A stretch of DNA of 64,000 nucleotides from Nostoc sp. DedSLP01 (lineage in GTDB: Bacteria; Cyanobacteriota; Cyanobacteriia; Cyanobacteriales; Nostocaceae). This document shows positions 19,188-29,187 of this stretch, in pieces (within the stretch, counting starts at the first letter, position 1; each line of letters begins with the position of its first letter). Where the stretch lies: positions 320,001-384,000 of the forward strand of contig JAVRCJ020000003.1 of NCBI GenBank assembly GCA_034530875.2. The letters are read 5' to 3'. The notes below the pieces were generated by a model, which was given only the letters and a program-made list of their open reading frames with translations, did no database searches and was not told the DNA's origin. The position numbers and the translations under genes were made by a program.

Positions 19188-20957
19188 TCACTTCAGCCCT
19201 AATTCTTCCTTCAACTCCTCTGGCACATTAACTGCTGTCTCTAATCCCCGCACACCTTCCCACTGCTGCTTTTGACCCCAAGTAATTTTTTCCATATTGG
19301 CGTCGCTGAGGTCGGCACCGCCGAGAATGGCGCTGCTGAGATTGCTATGACTGAGATTCGCGCCGTTAAGAATAGCACCACTAAGGTTACTGCCGCTGAG
19401 GTTAGCGCTATTCAAGTTGGCATAGCTGAGGTCTGTACCGAAGAGTATGGCGTCGCTGAGGTCTGCACCGCTGAGGTCGGCGTCGTTGAGAATCACGCCA
19501 CTGAGGTCAGCTTCGTTGAGAACTACCCGACTTAAGTCTACACCGCTGAGGTCAGCACCTAAGAACATAGCACCGTTGAGTCTAGCGTTGTTCAGCTTGG
19601 CACCATTGAGTTTGGCATAACTGAGGTCGGCGGCAACGAGGATGGCACTGTTGAGATTGGTACTGAAAAGAATTGTATCGCTAAGGTTCGTACCGTTGAG
19701 GATGGCGTGACTCAAGTCAGCACCGCTAAGGTCGCCACGGCAAAGGTCGGCATGATTAAGGTTAGTGTTGCTGAGGTTGGCGTCACTTAAGTTAGCACCG
19801 AAAAGGATGGCGTTGCTGAGGTCGGCACGATTGAGGTTGGTGCTGCTGAGGTCGGCGCGGTTGAGGTCGGCGCGGCTGAGGTTGGCACAGTTGAGATTTG
19901 CATTGCTAAGGTCGGCGCGGCTGAGGTTGGCGCGGCTGAGGTTGGCACCGCTGAGGTTTGCACCAGTGAGGTTGGCACTGCTGAGGTCGGCACCAGTGAG
20001 GTTGGCACTGCTGAGGTTGGCACCGCTGAGGTTGGCATCACCAAGGTTAGCAGCACTAAGGTTGGCACAACTAAAGTTGACTCCTGTTAAGTTAGCGTCC
20101 CCAAGGTAAGCACGGGTGAGGTTGGCATTGCTAAAGTCTACCCCAGTCAAGTTTGCGTCGCCGAGGTAAGCACTAGTAAAGTTGCCACCTTTAAGAAATT
20201 GCCCGATGATACTGCTAAAGTTACCAACTTCCAGGGCATCGCTATAGTTAACGACCCGCAGTAGTTGGGAGGTGAAAAAACTATCTGTGTCTGGTTTGGC
20301 AGATGGATAGAAGCTGATTTTTTGGCTGAGTTGGTCTTGCTGTTGGGCATAGCGGTGTAACTCTAATAGTAAAATCAGCACGTTTAGCCCTGTATACATA
20401 TCTACCTGCCTCAGCCCGCGCGCCATATTTTTTGCTGCCAGCTGTAACATTTTTTTCTGAGGTAGGTTATCCTCTGGTGTGGCATCGATAAATTCTCCCT
20501 GACACCAACGATGATAAAAGTCTTCTAGCCGCCAGAACAGTAATTCTAGGCGAATCTTTTTACCTGTTACCAGGAATTCCATGAGTTCGTTAACTATTTC
20601 GGGTTTCAGCGCACCGTTACCCAGTAAATCGTAAATCTCTTCATGCATTTGGCGATCGCCTACTGCAAAGTAAAAGGGAGCATGTTGCCTACTTAAGGTT
20701 TTTTCGTCTATCTTAGAATTCCAACCACTGGTAGGTATTGTCCATTTTTCTAAGCTTTTTTGTAGCTTTTCACGCAATAAATATTCCACCAAACGTTCTT
20801 GAGCAAAATTAATGCTTTTGTCTGGTTCTTTAATACTTTTTTCTAGAGGTAAAATTGCTTCTGTTTCAAAAGATGTATTTTTTAACATCTCTTGTAACCT
20901 TCTACCTCTCACATAATTTTTCAGTAGTTTCCAAACTTGAGATAAATATGTTGACAT
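19188..20957 (-). CDS. Pentapeptide-repeat protein
   Basis: About 300 aa of A(D/N)L(S/T)x repeats after a helical N-terminal domain. Confidence 0.93.
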   Translation of the reverse strand: MSTYLSQVWKLLKNYVRGRRLQEMLKNTSFETEAILPLEKSIKEPDKSINFAQERLVEYLLREKLQKSLEKWTIPTSGWNSKIDEKTLSRQHAPFYFAVGDRQMHEEIYDLLGNGALKPEIVNELMEFLVTGKKIRLELLFWRLEDFYHRWCQGEFIDATPEDNLPQKKMLQLAAKNMARGLRQVDMYTGLNVLILLLELHRYAQQQDQLSQKISFYPSAKPDTDSFFTSQLLRVVNYSDALEVGNFSSIIGQFLKGGNFTSAYLGDANLTGVDFSNANLTRAYLGDANLTGVNFSCANLSAANLGDANLSGANLSSANLTGADLSSANLTGANLSGANLSRANLSRADLSNANLNCANLSRADLNRADLSSTNLNRADLSNAILFGANLSDANLSNTNLNHADLCRGDLSGADLSHAILNGTNLSDTILFSTNLNSAILVAADLSYAKLNGAKLNNARLNGAMFLGADLSGVDLSRVVLNEADLSGVILNDADLSGADLSDAILFGTDLSYANLNSANLSGSNLSGAILNGANLSHSNLSSAILGGADLSDANMEKITWGQKQQWEGVRGLETAVNVPEELKEELGLK

Positions 20958-21445
20958 TTCCGTATCCGTTGATACATTTAAAGTAATTGTTTTGATAATT
21001 GGGAACTGAAATTTTTTTCTGCTAGTTTGCTGTTTATAAATATATTTTTAGTATAAAATAATACTATTTTTAATGTTTTATTACTAATGTCCTTTGCCAA
21101 AAGCTTTGCTAAAAAGTGGTTTCGGTCTCAAACTTATTCTGGTGATGTAAATAAAGTGCTAACTGAAAAATTATTTCCAAAATGGCATCATTTTAGGACT
21201 TTGGCAAATTCGTTATATTTTTTCCCGCGAAATTTAGTAGTGTGATGTAAAAATAATACTTACTCTTTGTAATAGATGCAATTGTTAGGAAAAATCCTAC
21301 TGTAAAACAGTGTAAAAAAACAGAAAAATGGCAATTAAAATTGTAGTTAAACTTGGCTGCTTGATATAAGGCAAGTAATGAATTGCTAGACGACGGGCTG
21401 CATAGCTTTGCAAAAGTTAAGAATTACTAAGGATAGTTATTAGGG

Positions 21446-24400
21446 ATGAACGTGATGAACAGATTGAGCTTTTATATAATTTTGTTACATGGTTTATTTT
21501 TAGGAATGGCAACGGCTAGCGCCAAGTCAGTGTCCGTTAATGGTGTTAATAAACAGTTGTCTAGCAACCATCAGACAGCCTTAGTCACAGCCACAAGTAA
21601 AGACAAGTCTAATAATCCCTTAATTAGAGAAACTTCTGCCAGTAAAACCTCAGGCTTATCGCTAAAAGATATTCAAACTAGCCCTCAGCAGGGACTAGCA
21701 CCCGGTCAAGTTTGGGTAGTTAATCGCAGTAAAGACGTACATCCTCAAGATTTTCTTTGGGTAGTAAAAGATTTAAAAAAAGCAGTACACCAGCCATTTT
21801 TACAAGTCGCTAAACCGCCGGAAAAACCAAACTCCAAACCGAATGATACTACTAAACCAGAAAAAAAAGATGATTTAGAGGCATTTGATGAAGTAGTGAA
21901 AGATACTGTTAAGCAGGGGGGATTGTTCACTCTTTATCGGCAAAAAGAAAAGAATAAAATTTATTTAGAAATTAAACCAGAACAACTCAATAAAAATTAC
22001 TTAGCTGCGTCAACATTAGAATCAGGCATTGGCGAAAGAGGTATTTACAGCGGTATGCCTCTGCAAGATTTTTTGTTTTATTTCCGCCGGGTGGATAATA
22101 ATTTACAGTTTGTGATTCGCAATGTCAATTTCCGGACTCGTGAGGGAGATCCACAAGCGCGATCGCTGGCTCGTTCTTTTAGCGACTCTGTTCTCTATAA
22201 TATTTCCATTAAAAGCATTCATCCCCAACGCAAAACGATTCTCATCGACTTGGGCGACTTATTACTCACAGACTTAGCAGGATTATCTGTAAATTTAGGA
22301 GTCCCAGGAAGCACAGACCAGTCATATTTCGGTACTGCTAAAGCTTTTCCTCAGAATGTAGAAATTCAGTCAATTTTAAATTTCACAGGTAGCAGCGGTA
22401 AAGAAAATGAAGTGCCAAGCTTTGCTTCCCTAGCAGATAACCGTGGTTTTACCTTACGCGTCCACTACAGTCTTTCCGAACTACCCGATAACAATTATCG
22501 CCCCCGTATTGCCGACGATCGCATCGGCTATTTCATCACCGCCTACCAAGATTTATCCAAAGACGATCGCGGCGATTCTTTTGTCCGTTACATTAACCGT
22601 TGGGATCTAGAAAAACAAGACCCAAAAGCAGCAATTTCTCGTCCCGTAAAACCGATTGTGTTTTGGATTGATAATGCTGTGCCCTTAGAATACCGCGATG
22701 CGATTAAAGATGGCATCCTTATGTGGAACAAAGCTTTTCTCAAAGCTGGATTCAAGGATGCCATTGAAGTCCGCCAAATGCCAGATGATGCTACTTGGGA
22801 TCCAGCAGATATTCGCTACAACACAATTCGCTGGATTAACACAGTAGATGGCTACTTTGCAATGGGGCCATCCCGCGTCAACCCGTTAAATGGAGAAATT
22901 TTGGATGCAGATATTCTCGTAGATGCTAGCTTTATCCGGGCACTCAAGAACGAATATCGGACAATCGTCCAACCCAACCAAGTACAAAATACCACCACAT
23001 TATCGGCATTGATGCAAAATCGTTTACTTTGCGCCAATGGTGAAAATGCTAAAGACAAAAATACACCCCAGCAAACCCAAGGGTTGTTGAATCGTTTATC
23101 TAAAATGGCAGGGCAGTACGATTTGTGCTATGGCATAGAAGCAGCTAATCAGTTTGCCTTGGGTTCTGTGGCAATGTCATTGTTACCAGATAATATGCCC
23201 AGTCAAGAACAGGTAAAAGATTATATCAATCAATATTTACGTTTAATCATCGCCCACGAAGTTGGTCATACACTTGGTTTGCGGCATAACTTCCGCGGTA
23301 GTACGCTGCTACCACCAGAAGAGATGAATAATACAGAAATTACCAAAACTAAAGGTTTGACAAGTTCTGTAATGGACTACATCCCCCCAAACATTGCCCC
23401 TCAAGGTACAAAACAGGGAGATTATTTTCCCAGCATGGTGGGACTTTATGATGAATGGGCGATTCAGTACGGCTACGTGTCAATTCAGACATCAACTCCT
23501 CTAGCAGAAAAGCCGATTTTAGACGAAATTGCCTCACAATCTTACAAACCAGAGTATAGTTATTCCACTGACGAAGATGTGTATGACCTCGATCCCACAG
23601 CAGACGCTTGGGATAACAGCGGTAATGTCCTGCTTTATTCTCAGTGGCAGTTGAATAATTCTCGTCTGATGTGGGAACGGCTTGATAAGCGTTATCCGAT
23701 GGCTGGAGAGAGTTACAGCGATGTTAGCGAACGTTTTAGCACGGTATTAGGTAATTATTTCCAACAAATATATTACGCAACAAAATACATTGGCGGACAG
23801 TCATTCTATCGCATTCATGCTAGCGAAACCCCCTCTCAAAATGCCTCAGAAACCCGCCAACGGCGATTACCATTTGAACCGATACCAGCCGAACAACAAC
23901 GTCAGGCTTTAGAAACGCTACATAAATATCTATTTGCAGAAGATGCCCTCACCTTTTCACCAGAACTGCTGAATAAATTAGCACCTTCTCGTTGGCGGCA
24001 TTGGGGTAGCTATCCGCAAGTTGGTCGTTTGGATTATCCAATTCATGACTTGGTGCTACTGTTGCAGAGTGCTGTGTTGCGGGATTTACTCTCAGGCGAT
24101 CGCCTTTCGCGTCTCAAGGATATCGAACTCAAAACCAAACCAGAAAATGCGCTGACTCTGCCAGAGTTATTTGATACATTACAATCAGGTATCTGGACGG
24201 AAGTCATTAAACCAAAAGGTAAACCAATGAAAATTGCCAGTTTGCGGCGCGGCTTACAACGCGAATATTTGGATATCTTGTCTGGTATGGTGTTGCGAAA
24301 ACAATATGTCCCAGAAGATGCTCGCACTTTGGCATGGTATAAACTCAGACAATTGGATGATAAACTCAAAGATGTTAGTTCCGATGATGAATATACCAAA

Positions 24401-24466
24401 GCCCACTTGCTGGAAACACGCGATCGCATTGAGAAAATCTTGAATGCGCCGTTGCAAGCAAATTAA
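21446..24466 (+). CDS. Secreted zinc-dependent metalloprotease (Met-zincin, DUF5117/DUF4953-type)
   Basis: Signal peptide; HEVGHTLGLRH zinc motif and SSVMDY Met-turn. Confidence 0.9.
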   Translation: MNVMNRLSFYIILLHGLFLGMATASAKSVSVNGVNKQLSSNHQTALVTATSKDKSNNPLIRETSASKTSGLSLKDIQTSPQQGLAPGQVWVVNRSKDVHPQDFLWVVKDLKKAVHQPFLQVAKPPEKPNSKPNDTTKPEKKDDLEAFDEVVKDTVKQGGLFTLYRQKEKNKIYLEIKPEQLNKNYLAASTLESGIGERGIYSGMPLQDFLFYFRRVDNNLQFVIRNVNFRTREGDPQARSLARSFSDSVLYNISIKSIHPQRKTILIDLGDLLLTDLAGLSVNLGVPGSTDQSYFGTAKAFPQNVEIQSILNFTGSSGKENEVPSFASLADNRGFTLRVHYSLSELPDNNYRPRIADDRIGYFITAYQDLSKDDRGDSFVRYINRWDLEKQDPKAAISRPVKPIVFWIDNAVPLEYRDAIKDGILMWNKAFLKAGFKDAIEVRQMPDDATWDPADIRYNTIRWINTVDGYFAMGPSRVNPLNGEILDADILVDASFIRALKNEYRTIVQPNQVQNTTTLSALMQNRLLCANGENAKDKNTPQQTQGLLNRLSKMAGQYDLCYGIEAANQFALGSVAMSLLPDNMPSQEQVKDYINQYLRLIIAHEVGHTLGLRHNFRGSTLLPPEEMNNTEITKTKGLTSSVMDYIPPNIAPQGTKQGDYFPSMVGLYDEWAIQYGYVSIQTSTPLAEKPILDEIASQSYKPEYSYSTDEDVYDLDPTADAWDNSGNVLLYSQWQLNNSRLMWERLDKRYPMAGESYSDVSERFSTVLGNYFQQIYYATKYIGGQSFYRIHASETPSQNASETRQRRLPFEPIPAEQQRQALETLHKYLFAEDALTFSPELLNKLAPSRWRHWGSYPQVGRLDYPIHDLVLLLQSAVLRDLLSGDRLSRLKDIELKTKPENALTLPELFDTLQSGIWTEVIKPKGKPMKIASLRRGLQREYLDILSGMVLRKQYVPEDARTLAWYKLRQLDDKLKDVSSDDEYTKAHLLETRDRIEKILNAPLQAN

Positions 24467-24595
24467 AAAAGTACAGACGCGATGAATCGCGTCTGTACAA
24501 GAGTTAGGAATTAGTAAAATTCCTAACTCTTATTGTTTGCCCATAATTTTGGCAAAATATTATATAGAATGCCTATACACGCTGAAAAAAAGTTT

Positions 24596-24860
24596 ATGTC
24601 AGCTTGAGATAAATTTCACGATATTGTGAAATTTGCATTACAAAAGGACGGGTGGCGAATTACTCGTGGGACAGTTTATTAATTATCGATATGCATTAGA
24701 AGAAATTAGTTATGAGCTAATTTTGTATTTAGCAGTGCCATTAAACACTTATAACGATTTTTTAAGTAAACCGTTTATTCAAAAAATAATCCAGCGAAGT
24801 CAAATTAATCTGATAGTTGATGATGTGGAAAGGAAGGAAATTATTCGATGGCAGATTTAG
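24596..24860 (+). pseudogene. xisH: XisH pseudogene
   Basis: MSA*DKFHDIVKFALQKDGWRIT (TGA at codon 4), then a frameshift with internal deletion into GQFINYRYALEE...LYLAVP; directly upstream of xisI. Confidence 0.85.
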
Positions 24861-25183
24861 ATAAATATCGGGAGTGTATTCGGAAATTAATTACAGAATA
24901 TGCTCAGCTTGCCTTATGTAATAATGAAATCGAAGCTCAAACAATTTTTGACATAGAAAAAGACCATTACCAACTGATATATATTGGTTGGCAAAATAAA
25001 CGTCGGGTTTTTGGTCCTGTGATGCATTTTGATATTAAAAACGGCAAGATTTGGATTCAGTGGAATGGCACGGAAGAGGATGTAGGCGAACAACTGGTGG
25101 CAATGGGAGTGCCAAAACAAGATATTGTGGTTGGATTTCATCCGCCATATATGCGACAGTACACAGATTATGCTGTGAGTTAA
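24848..25183 (+). CDS. xisI: XisI family protein
   Basis: DHYQL..IGWQ...HFDIKNGKIWIQ...GVPKQDIVVGFHPP signature. Confidence 0.93.
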   Translation: MADLDKYRECIRKLITEYAQLALCNNEIEAQTIFDIEKDHYQLIYIGWQNKRRVFGPVMHFDIKNGKIWIQWNGTEEDVGEQLVAMGVPKQDIVVGFHPPYMRQYTDYAVS

Positions 25184-25202
25184 TGTCATTTTGCTAAAGT
25201 AT

Positions 25203-25745
25203 CTAGAAAAATATCATTCGCTCTACGTGTGTTGCATCATTGAGGAAGTCTACGCGATAGACATCTGGATTGCTCAATTTTTGCCACTCGGCATAACCAA
25301 TGCGATCGTCAAAATGCTTTAGGATCAGTGCCATTAAATTACCATGCGTGGCGATCGCAATTGTGTCTGCTTTTTGCTGTAATGCTTCATCAATTACGGC
25401 TATTCCACGCGCCATAGCAGTACGACTGGACTCACCGCCATCCAGGCATAGATCGAGATTGGTAAATGATTCAGCCAATCGTTCTTGCCAATCAGCTAGG
25501 GGTGTTCCACACAGAACGCGTTCGGCGAGTCGGTTATCTATTTCGATGGCAAGACACAGATGTTCAGCCAAAGGAGCAATAGATCGATATGCTCTAGTAA
25601 ATGGGCTAGAGATGACTCGCTCGATGCCAAAACCTGATAAAAGATGAGTAAGAGCGATCGCTTGCATTTTGCCTTCTGATGTCAGAGGCGCGTTAGGTTC
25701 CTGTCCAACTGCTTTGCAATGTCGCACAATGTACAGGGTTTTCAA
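25203..25745 (-). CDS. Histidine phosphatase superfamily protein
   Basis: LYIVRHC, SSPFTRA, GGES, ATHG; TTG start at 25745 assumed. Confidence 0.88.
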   Translation of the reverse strand: MKTLYIVRHCKAVGQEPNAPLTSEGKMQAIALTHLLSGFGIERVISSPFTRAYRSIAPLAEHLCLAIEIDNRLAERVLCGTPLADWQERLAESFTNLDLCLDGGESSRTAMARGIAVIDEALQQKADTIAIATHGNLMALILKHFDDRIGYAEWQKLSNPDVYRVDFLNDATHVERMIFF

Positions 25746-25889
25746 GATTAAGTTTTTGTTGGAGAAAGAAATACGAGCCAACAATCAACTCGTAATTATA
25801 TGCAAATTTTCTGTATTTTAGTTTAAATACGTAAAACTTACTAAAAGGTAGCAGGGGGTTAAGTTTACTCCTGCTACCTTTGCTTTCTG

Positions 25890-26624
25890 TTAACTACTCA
25901 ACGCCTTTAAAAACCGTTGCAAACTCTTAAACACATTCGGCTTTCTCCCAGGTACAGCGTTGGTTGTTGTTTGCGGTTGTCCCTTCATAAGGATGAGATC
26001 CAACTCATCACCCGATGGTTTTGTGGGTAAATCGGCAATTTTTTGATAATCACCACCATTTTCCACCCAAATTTCCCACTGTCCTGGATAACAGCGATAT
26101 AAGGCAGTTCGATCGTCTATTGGGCGGAGATAATAGGCGGATTCAATGTTACTGATAAAGCGATCGCGGACTTTTCTGGCTGCATAACCAATGCCCACAG
26201 TTCCAGCATCTTCAAGGCGGGGATTTAAAAATACTAAAGGGCGATCGCCGATTACTTCACATAACTTTTCTAACTGCGGTACTTCTACGGAAGTGGGGGA
26301 GATGAATAAGAAAATTTCATCCTCTGGCTGGATTTTTGTTTGTAACGAAGCAGCCCTTCCCGTCCCGATATCCAAAATTTGAAATGGTGCATCAGCCCAA
26401 TCGCGGCGGGCTAAAGCCGCAGCCCCAGCATCTGCAAAGAAAACTTTCAAGCGAGAATCATATTCCCTAAACAACGGCACAAATTGTTCTGCCACTGGCA
26501 TCAGTTTCAGTTCTGGGAATAAGAACTCAACTTGTAGGCGATTGCAGCCATCTGCAAGGGCAGCTTGGACGGCGGTTTGAGATTGGGCGATCGCATCTTC
26601 AAGACTATTGGGAAGTTCACTCAT
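25890..26624 (-). CDS. DUF1995 family protein
   Basis: FADAGAAALARRDW, LNPRLED, ALYRCYPGQW motifs. Confidence 0.85.
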   Translation of the reverse strand: MSELPNSLEDAIAQSQTAVQAALADGCNRLQVEFLFPELKLMPVAEQFVPLFREYDSRLKVFFADAGAAALARRDWADAPFQILDIGTGRAASLQTKIQPEDEIFLFISPTSVEVPQLEKLCEVIGDRPLVFLNPRLEDAGTVGIGYAARKVRDRFISNIESAYYLRPIDDRTALYRCYPGQWEIWVENGGDYQKIADLPTKPSGDELDLILMKGQPQTTTNAVPGRKPNVFKSLQRFLKALSS

Positions 26625-26744
26625 GGTTTATTATGTTGGTTTAGCATTACTTCTATTGTTCCAGCATTGGCTGTGATTTTCGGCAGCAACGACACATAGT
26701 GCTGCGATCGGCTTTACTGAGGAACTTGAACAAGATTAGAAAAT

Positions 26745-26775
26745 ATCCTTTTTTGGGATTATCCGAAAATAGGTT
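26745..26775. promoter_or_regulatory. Tandem C-box operators upstream of the C-R operon
   Basis: ATCC-N7-GGAT (26745-26759) and ATCC-N7-GGTT (26761-26775). Confidence 0.7.
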
Positions 26776-26813
26776 TATTGTGTTCAATGTTATGGTGCTA
26801 ATGTCAAGGCACA

Positions 26814-27077
26814 ATGAAATCTGTTTTTAGCCATGAGTATGAAGTGTTCCGTCACTGTATGATTGCGGCTCGTAAAGAGGCAAAACTAACTCAACAGACA
26901 CTTGCTAAATCCCTTCAAAAGCCGCAATCTTTCGTAGCTAAATATGAAAACGGTGAACGGCGGTTAGATGTAATTGAGTTCCTGCTAATTTCTCGTGTAA
27001 TCGGTGTAGATCCTTGCGATATTCTCAGAAAAGTTGAGCAAGAAATATCTGGAGCATCTTCTGAGGACGAACTATGA
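26814..27077 (+). CDS. XRE HTH controller (C) protein of an R-M system
   Basis: ARKEAKLTQQTLA...QSFVAKYENGERRLD; ATGA overlap with the nuclease gene. Confidence 0.85.
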   Translation: MKSVFSHEYEVFRHCMIAARKEAKLTQQTLAKSLQKPQSFVAKYENGERRLDVIEFLLISRVIGVDPCDILRKVEQEISGASSEDEL

Positions 27078-27991
27078 ATCCACAAGATGTCATCAGACTT
27101 GCATCTCAATATTTAGATAAGTTATCAAGCCATACTTTTGATGTTTTAGATATATCTAAGCCTGTAACTGTAGACGCAGCAGTAAACTTAACTAAAGTTA
27201 TTTCAAAGCTTTCACCCTTACTCGGAAATTTAATCGAATTTAACACCGTTGAATTTTTGAATAAGCAAAATGAATTTTCTGAATTTGGAAAGTGGCAAAG
27301 GCAAGATCCTGGCTTTCCAGATACTATTTTTGTGGGAAGAGTTCAACCAACACCAGGATTAGAAATTAAAGCATGGTTTCCATTAGCAACGGAAATAACA
27401 GCACGTTTTAAAGATAGCCAAAATCACTTTCAGCACGATCAAACCTATGTTGCTATGTTGGCATGGTTACCCGAAAAAATTATCTATGGTAAGCCTCGTA
27501 TTCTTGATGTATGCCTTGTCTCTGGTTTGTCGGTAGCTTTAGCTAGAGATACTCATTATCATAATCCGCCAGATTACCTTGTTTTAGAACCAGAGGATAC
27601 AACTCAGAGAACAGCAAATTTACAGCAGACAAACACTAGTGGTTATAAATTTCAAGGATCTGTCGAAGAGTTATTAGAAGCTCAAAAAATAGTTGACTCA
27701 TGGGGTGTTGAGGGAAAAGCCTATAAACCAACTAGAGAATATCAGCGTCTGCTACGCGAACTGTTAATAAGATACAAATACAGGCTTGATACTAATTTTG
27801 CAAAGATGGATAGAATCGTACATCCAGGTATTAAAAAATTTAAGCAGCGTGTGTACAATACTCAAGTTTCTGGTATGACAGTGGGGCAGTGGAATAGGCT
27901 TCTGTCAAGCCGTAAAGAAGACAATATCAGAAAATATTTACAAGATTATCTAGATATTAGAGAAGAGAGTATTGACGAACTTCTTGATTAA
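27074..27991 (+). CDS. Putative type II restriction endonuclease
   Basis: PD-(D/E)XK-like FPDTIF...GLEIK; lies between the C gene and a convergent DNA methyltransferase. Confidence 0.7.
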   Translation: MNPQDVIRLASQYLDKLSSHTFDVLDISKPVTVDAAVNLTKVISKLSPLLGNLIEFNTVEFLNKQNEFSEFGKWQRQDPGFPDTIFVGRVQPTPGLEIKAWFPLATEITARFKDSQNHFQHDQTYVAMLAWLPEKIIYGKPRILDVCLVSGLSVALARDTHYHNPPDYLVLEPEDTTQRTANLQQTNTSGYKFQGSVEELLEAQKIVDSWGVEGKAYKPTREYQRLLRELLIRYKYRLDTNFAKMDRIVHPGIKKFKQRVYNTQVSGMTVGQWNRLLSSRKEDNIRKYLQDYLDIREESIDELLD

Positions 27992-29045
27992 ATCTTTGTA
28001 CTCCATAGTAGAAATAATCTGCATCTATTTCGCAGGAGTAGGCTTTTCTTCTAAGTTTCTGGGCTGCCAAAGATGCAGTGAACATACCTCCAAAAGGTTC
28101 CCATACAACATCATTTTCATCGCTTGACGCTTCGATAATAATACTCATCAAATCAAGGGGTTTTTGATTAAAGTGTACTGCTTTTCCAGAAGAAGTTTTA
28201 ACTCTTTCATCACCTCGTAAAGCTTGACGATCCCAAACATTTGTAAAACCATGAGGGCATCTGAATTTTGAACGCATCTTATTCCATTGTTGCCCTGTTA
28301 AAGATTGCTTACCATCCAAAGAAAAATAAGGTTTTCCTTGTGGCTTCCCATATTCATTTGCATAGTTAACTAGTCTCTCAAACATCTCTGGAGGAGGAAA
28401 ATACCATAAGTGTCCTTGATCGAAATACTTCCTAGTTGCAGCATCAGCCACGCCACAAGCCTCATTTGCCTGCCGTAGCCTTAACCCAGAACGTTTCCAT
28501 TCTTGTAGCAACCATGTTTTTAAGGTGAGTTCATTAACTTTAACTTCTCTTACATATTGAACACAGACTTCTGTAACTACAGGGAATCTACGAATTTTTT
28601 TTGTATTAATATTTCCTGCTATATGGCCTTTTCCTTTGTTCCAAATATTGCAATTTACATAACGCCAACCGTACTTTTCTAAAACTGGATGCACAACAGC
28701 CCAGCCAATTTCTGAATTCCAAAACCATAGTGTTGTAGATGGTATGGCTGCTTTTGACCATGCTTCAATATGAGGTTCATACCAATTAGGTAAATCAATA
28801 TGATCTGAAGTGTCTCCTTCAAAACCAAGAACACCGTAAGCTCCATCTGAAACGATAACTATAGGCTGCTCCCAATTGTTGTAATGTTCAAGGCTATCGC
28901 CTAAATATAGAGCAACACTTTCATCGTTCCACGCAGAAAAATTGAAGTTGGTGTTGAGGTTGAGTACTTTTCCACGACCAACTGTGCTGGTAGCCTTGCG
29001 TTTTAAAGTCTTAGAGGAACTCGGTTCTGCGTTAGATAGACTCAT
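27957..29045 (-). CDS. DNA amino-methyltransferase (N4-C/N6-A), beta-class motif order
   Basis: Variant motif IV SDGAY near the N-terminus, HFNQKP, motif I WEPFGG near the C-terminus. Confidence 0.88.
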   Translation of the reverse strand: MSLSNAEPSSSKTLKRKATSTVGRGKVLNLNTNFNFSAWNDESVALYLGDSLEHYNNWEQPIVIVSDGAYGVLGFEGDTSDHIDLPNWYEPHIEAWSKAAIPSTTLWFWNSEIGWAVVHPVLEKYGWRYVNCNIWNKGKGHIAGNINTKKIRRFPVVTEVCVQYVREVKVNELTLKTWLLQEWKRSGLRLRQANEACGVADAATRKYFDQGHLWYFPPPEMFERLVNYANEYGKPQGKPYFSLDGKQSLTGQQWNKMRSKFRCPHGFTNVWDRQALRGDERVKTSSGKAVHFNQKPLDLMSIIIEASSDENDVVWEPFGGMFTASLAAQKLRRKAYSCEIDADYFYYGVQRFNQEVRQYSLL

Positions 29046-29088
29046 TGATTGGTTTACGTAGGTCTGAAACTTAGATACCTGTTACTTT

Positions 29089-29103
29089 ATCCTGTTTTGG
29101 GAT
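29089..29103. promoter_or_regulatory. Single C-box upstream of the methyltransferase
   Basis: ATCC-TGTTTTG-GGAT, 14/15 identical to the box at 26745. Confidence 0.7.
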
Positions 29104-29187
29104 ATCTTAATAGTCATAGACGCTAAAGTTAATGAAAAATACGCTCAATAGGCAATATTTTTTATATAAGTACACGCTCGAAAAAAT

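Noticed and set aside
19272..20350. Repetitive ORFs (LRLA.., PTSA..) and an apparent 15-nt array
   Set aside because: Shadow frames of the pentapeptide-repeat gene; not separate genes or a CRISPR.
24596..29103. Heterocyst excision element suggested by xisH/xisI and the R-M genes
   Set aside because: No recombinase, no interrupted host gene, and ordinary genes lie in between.
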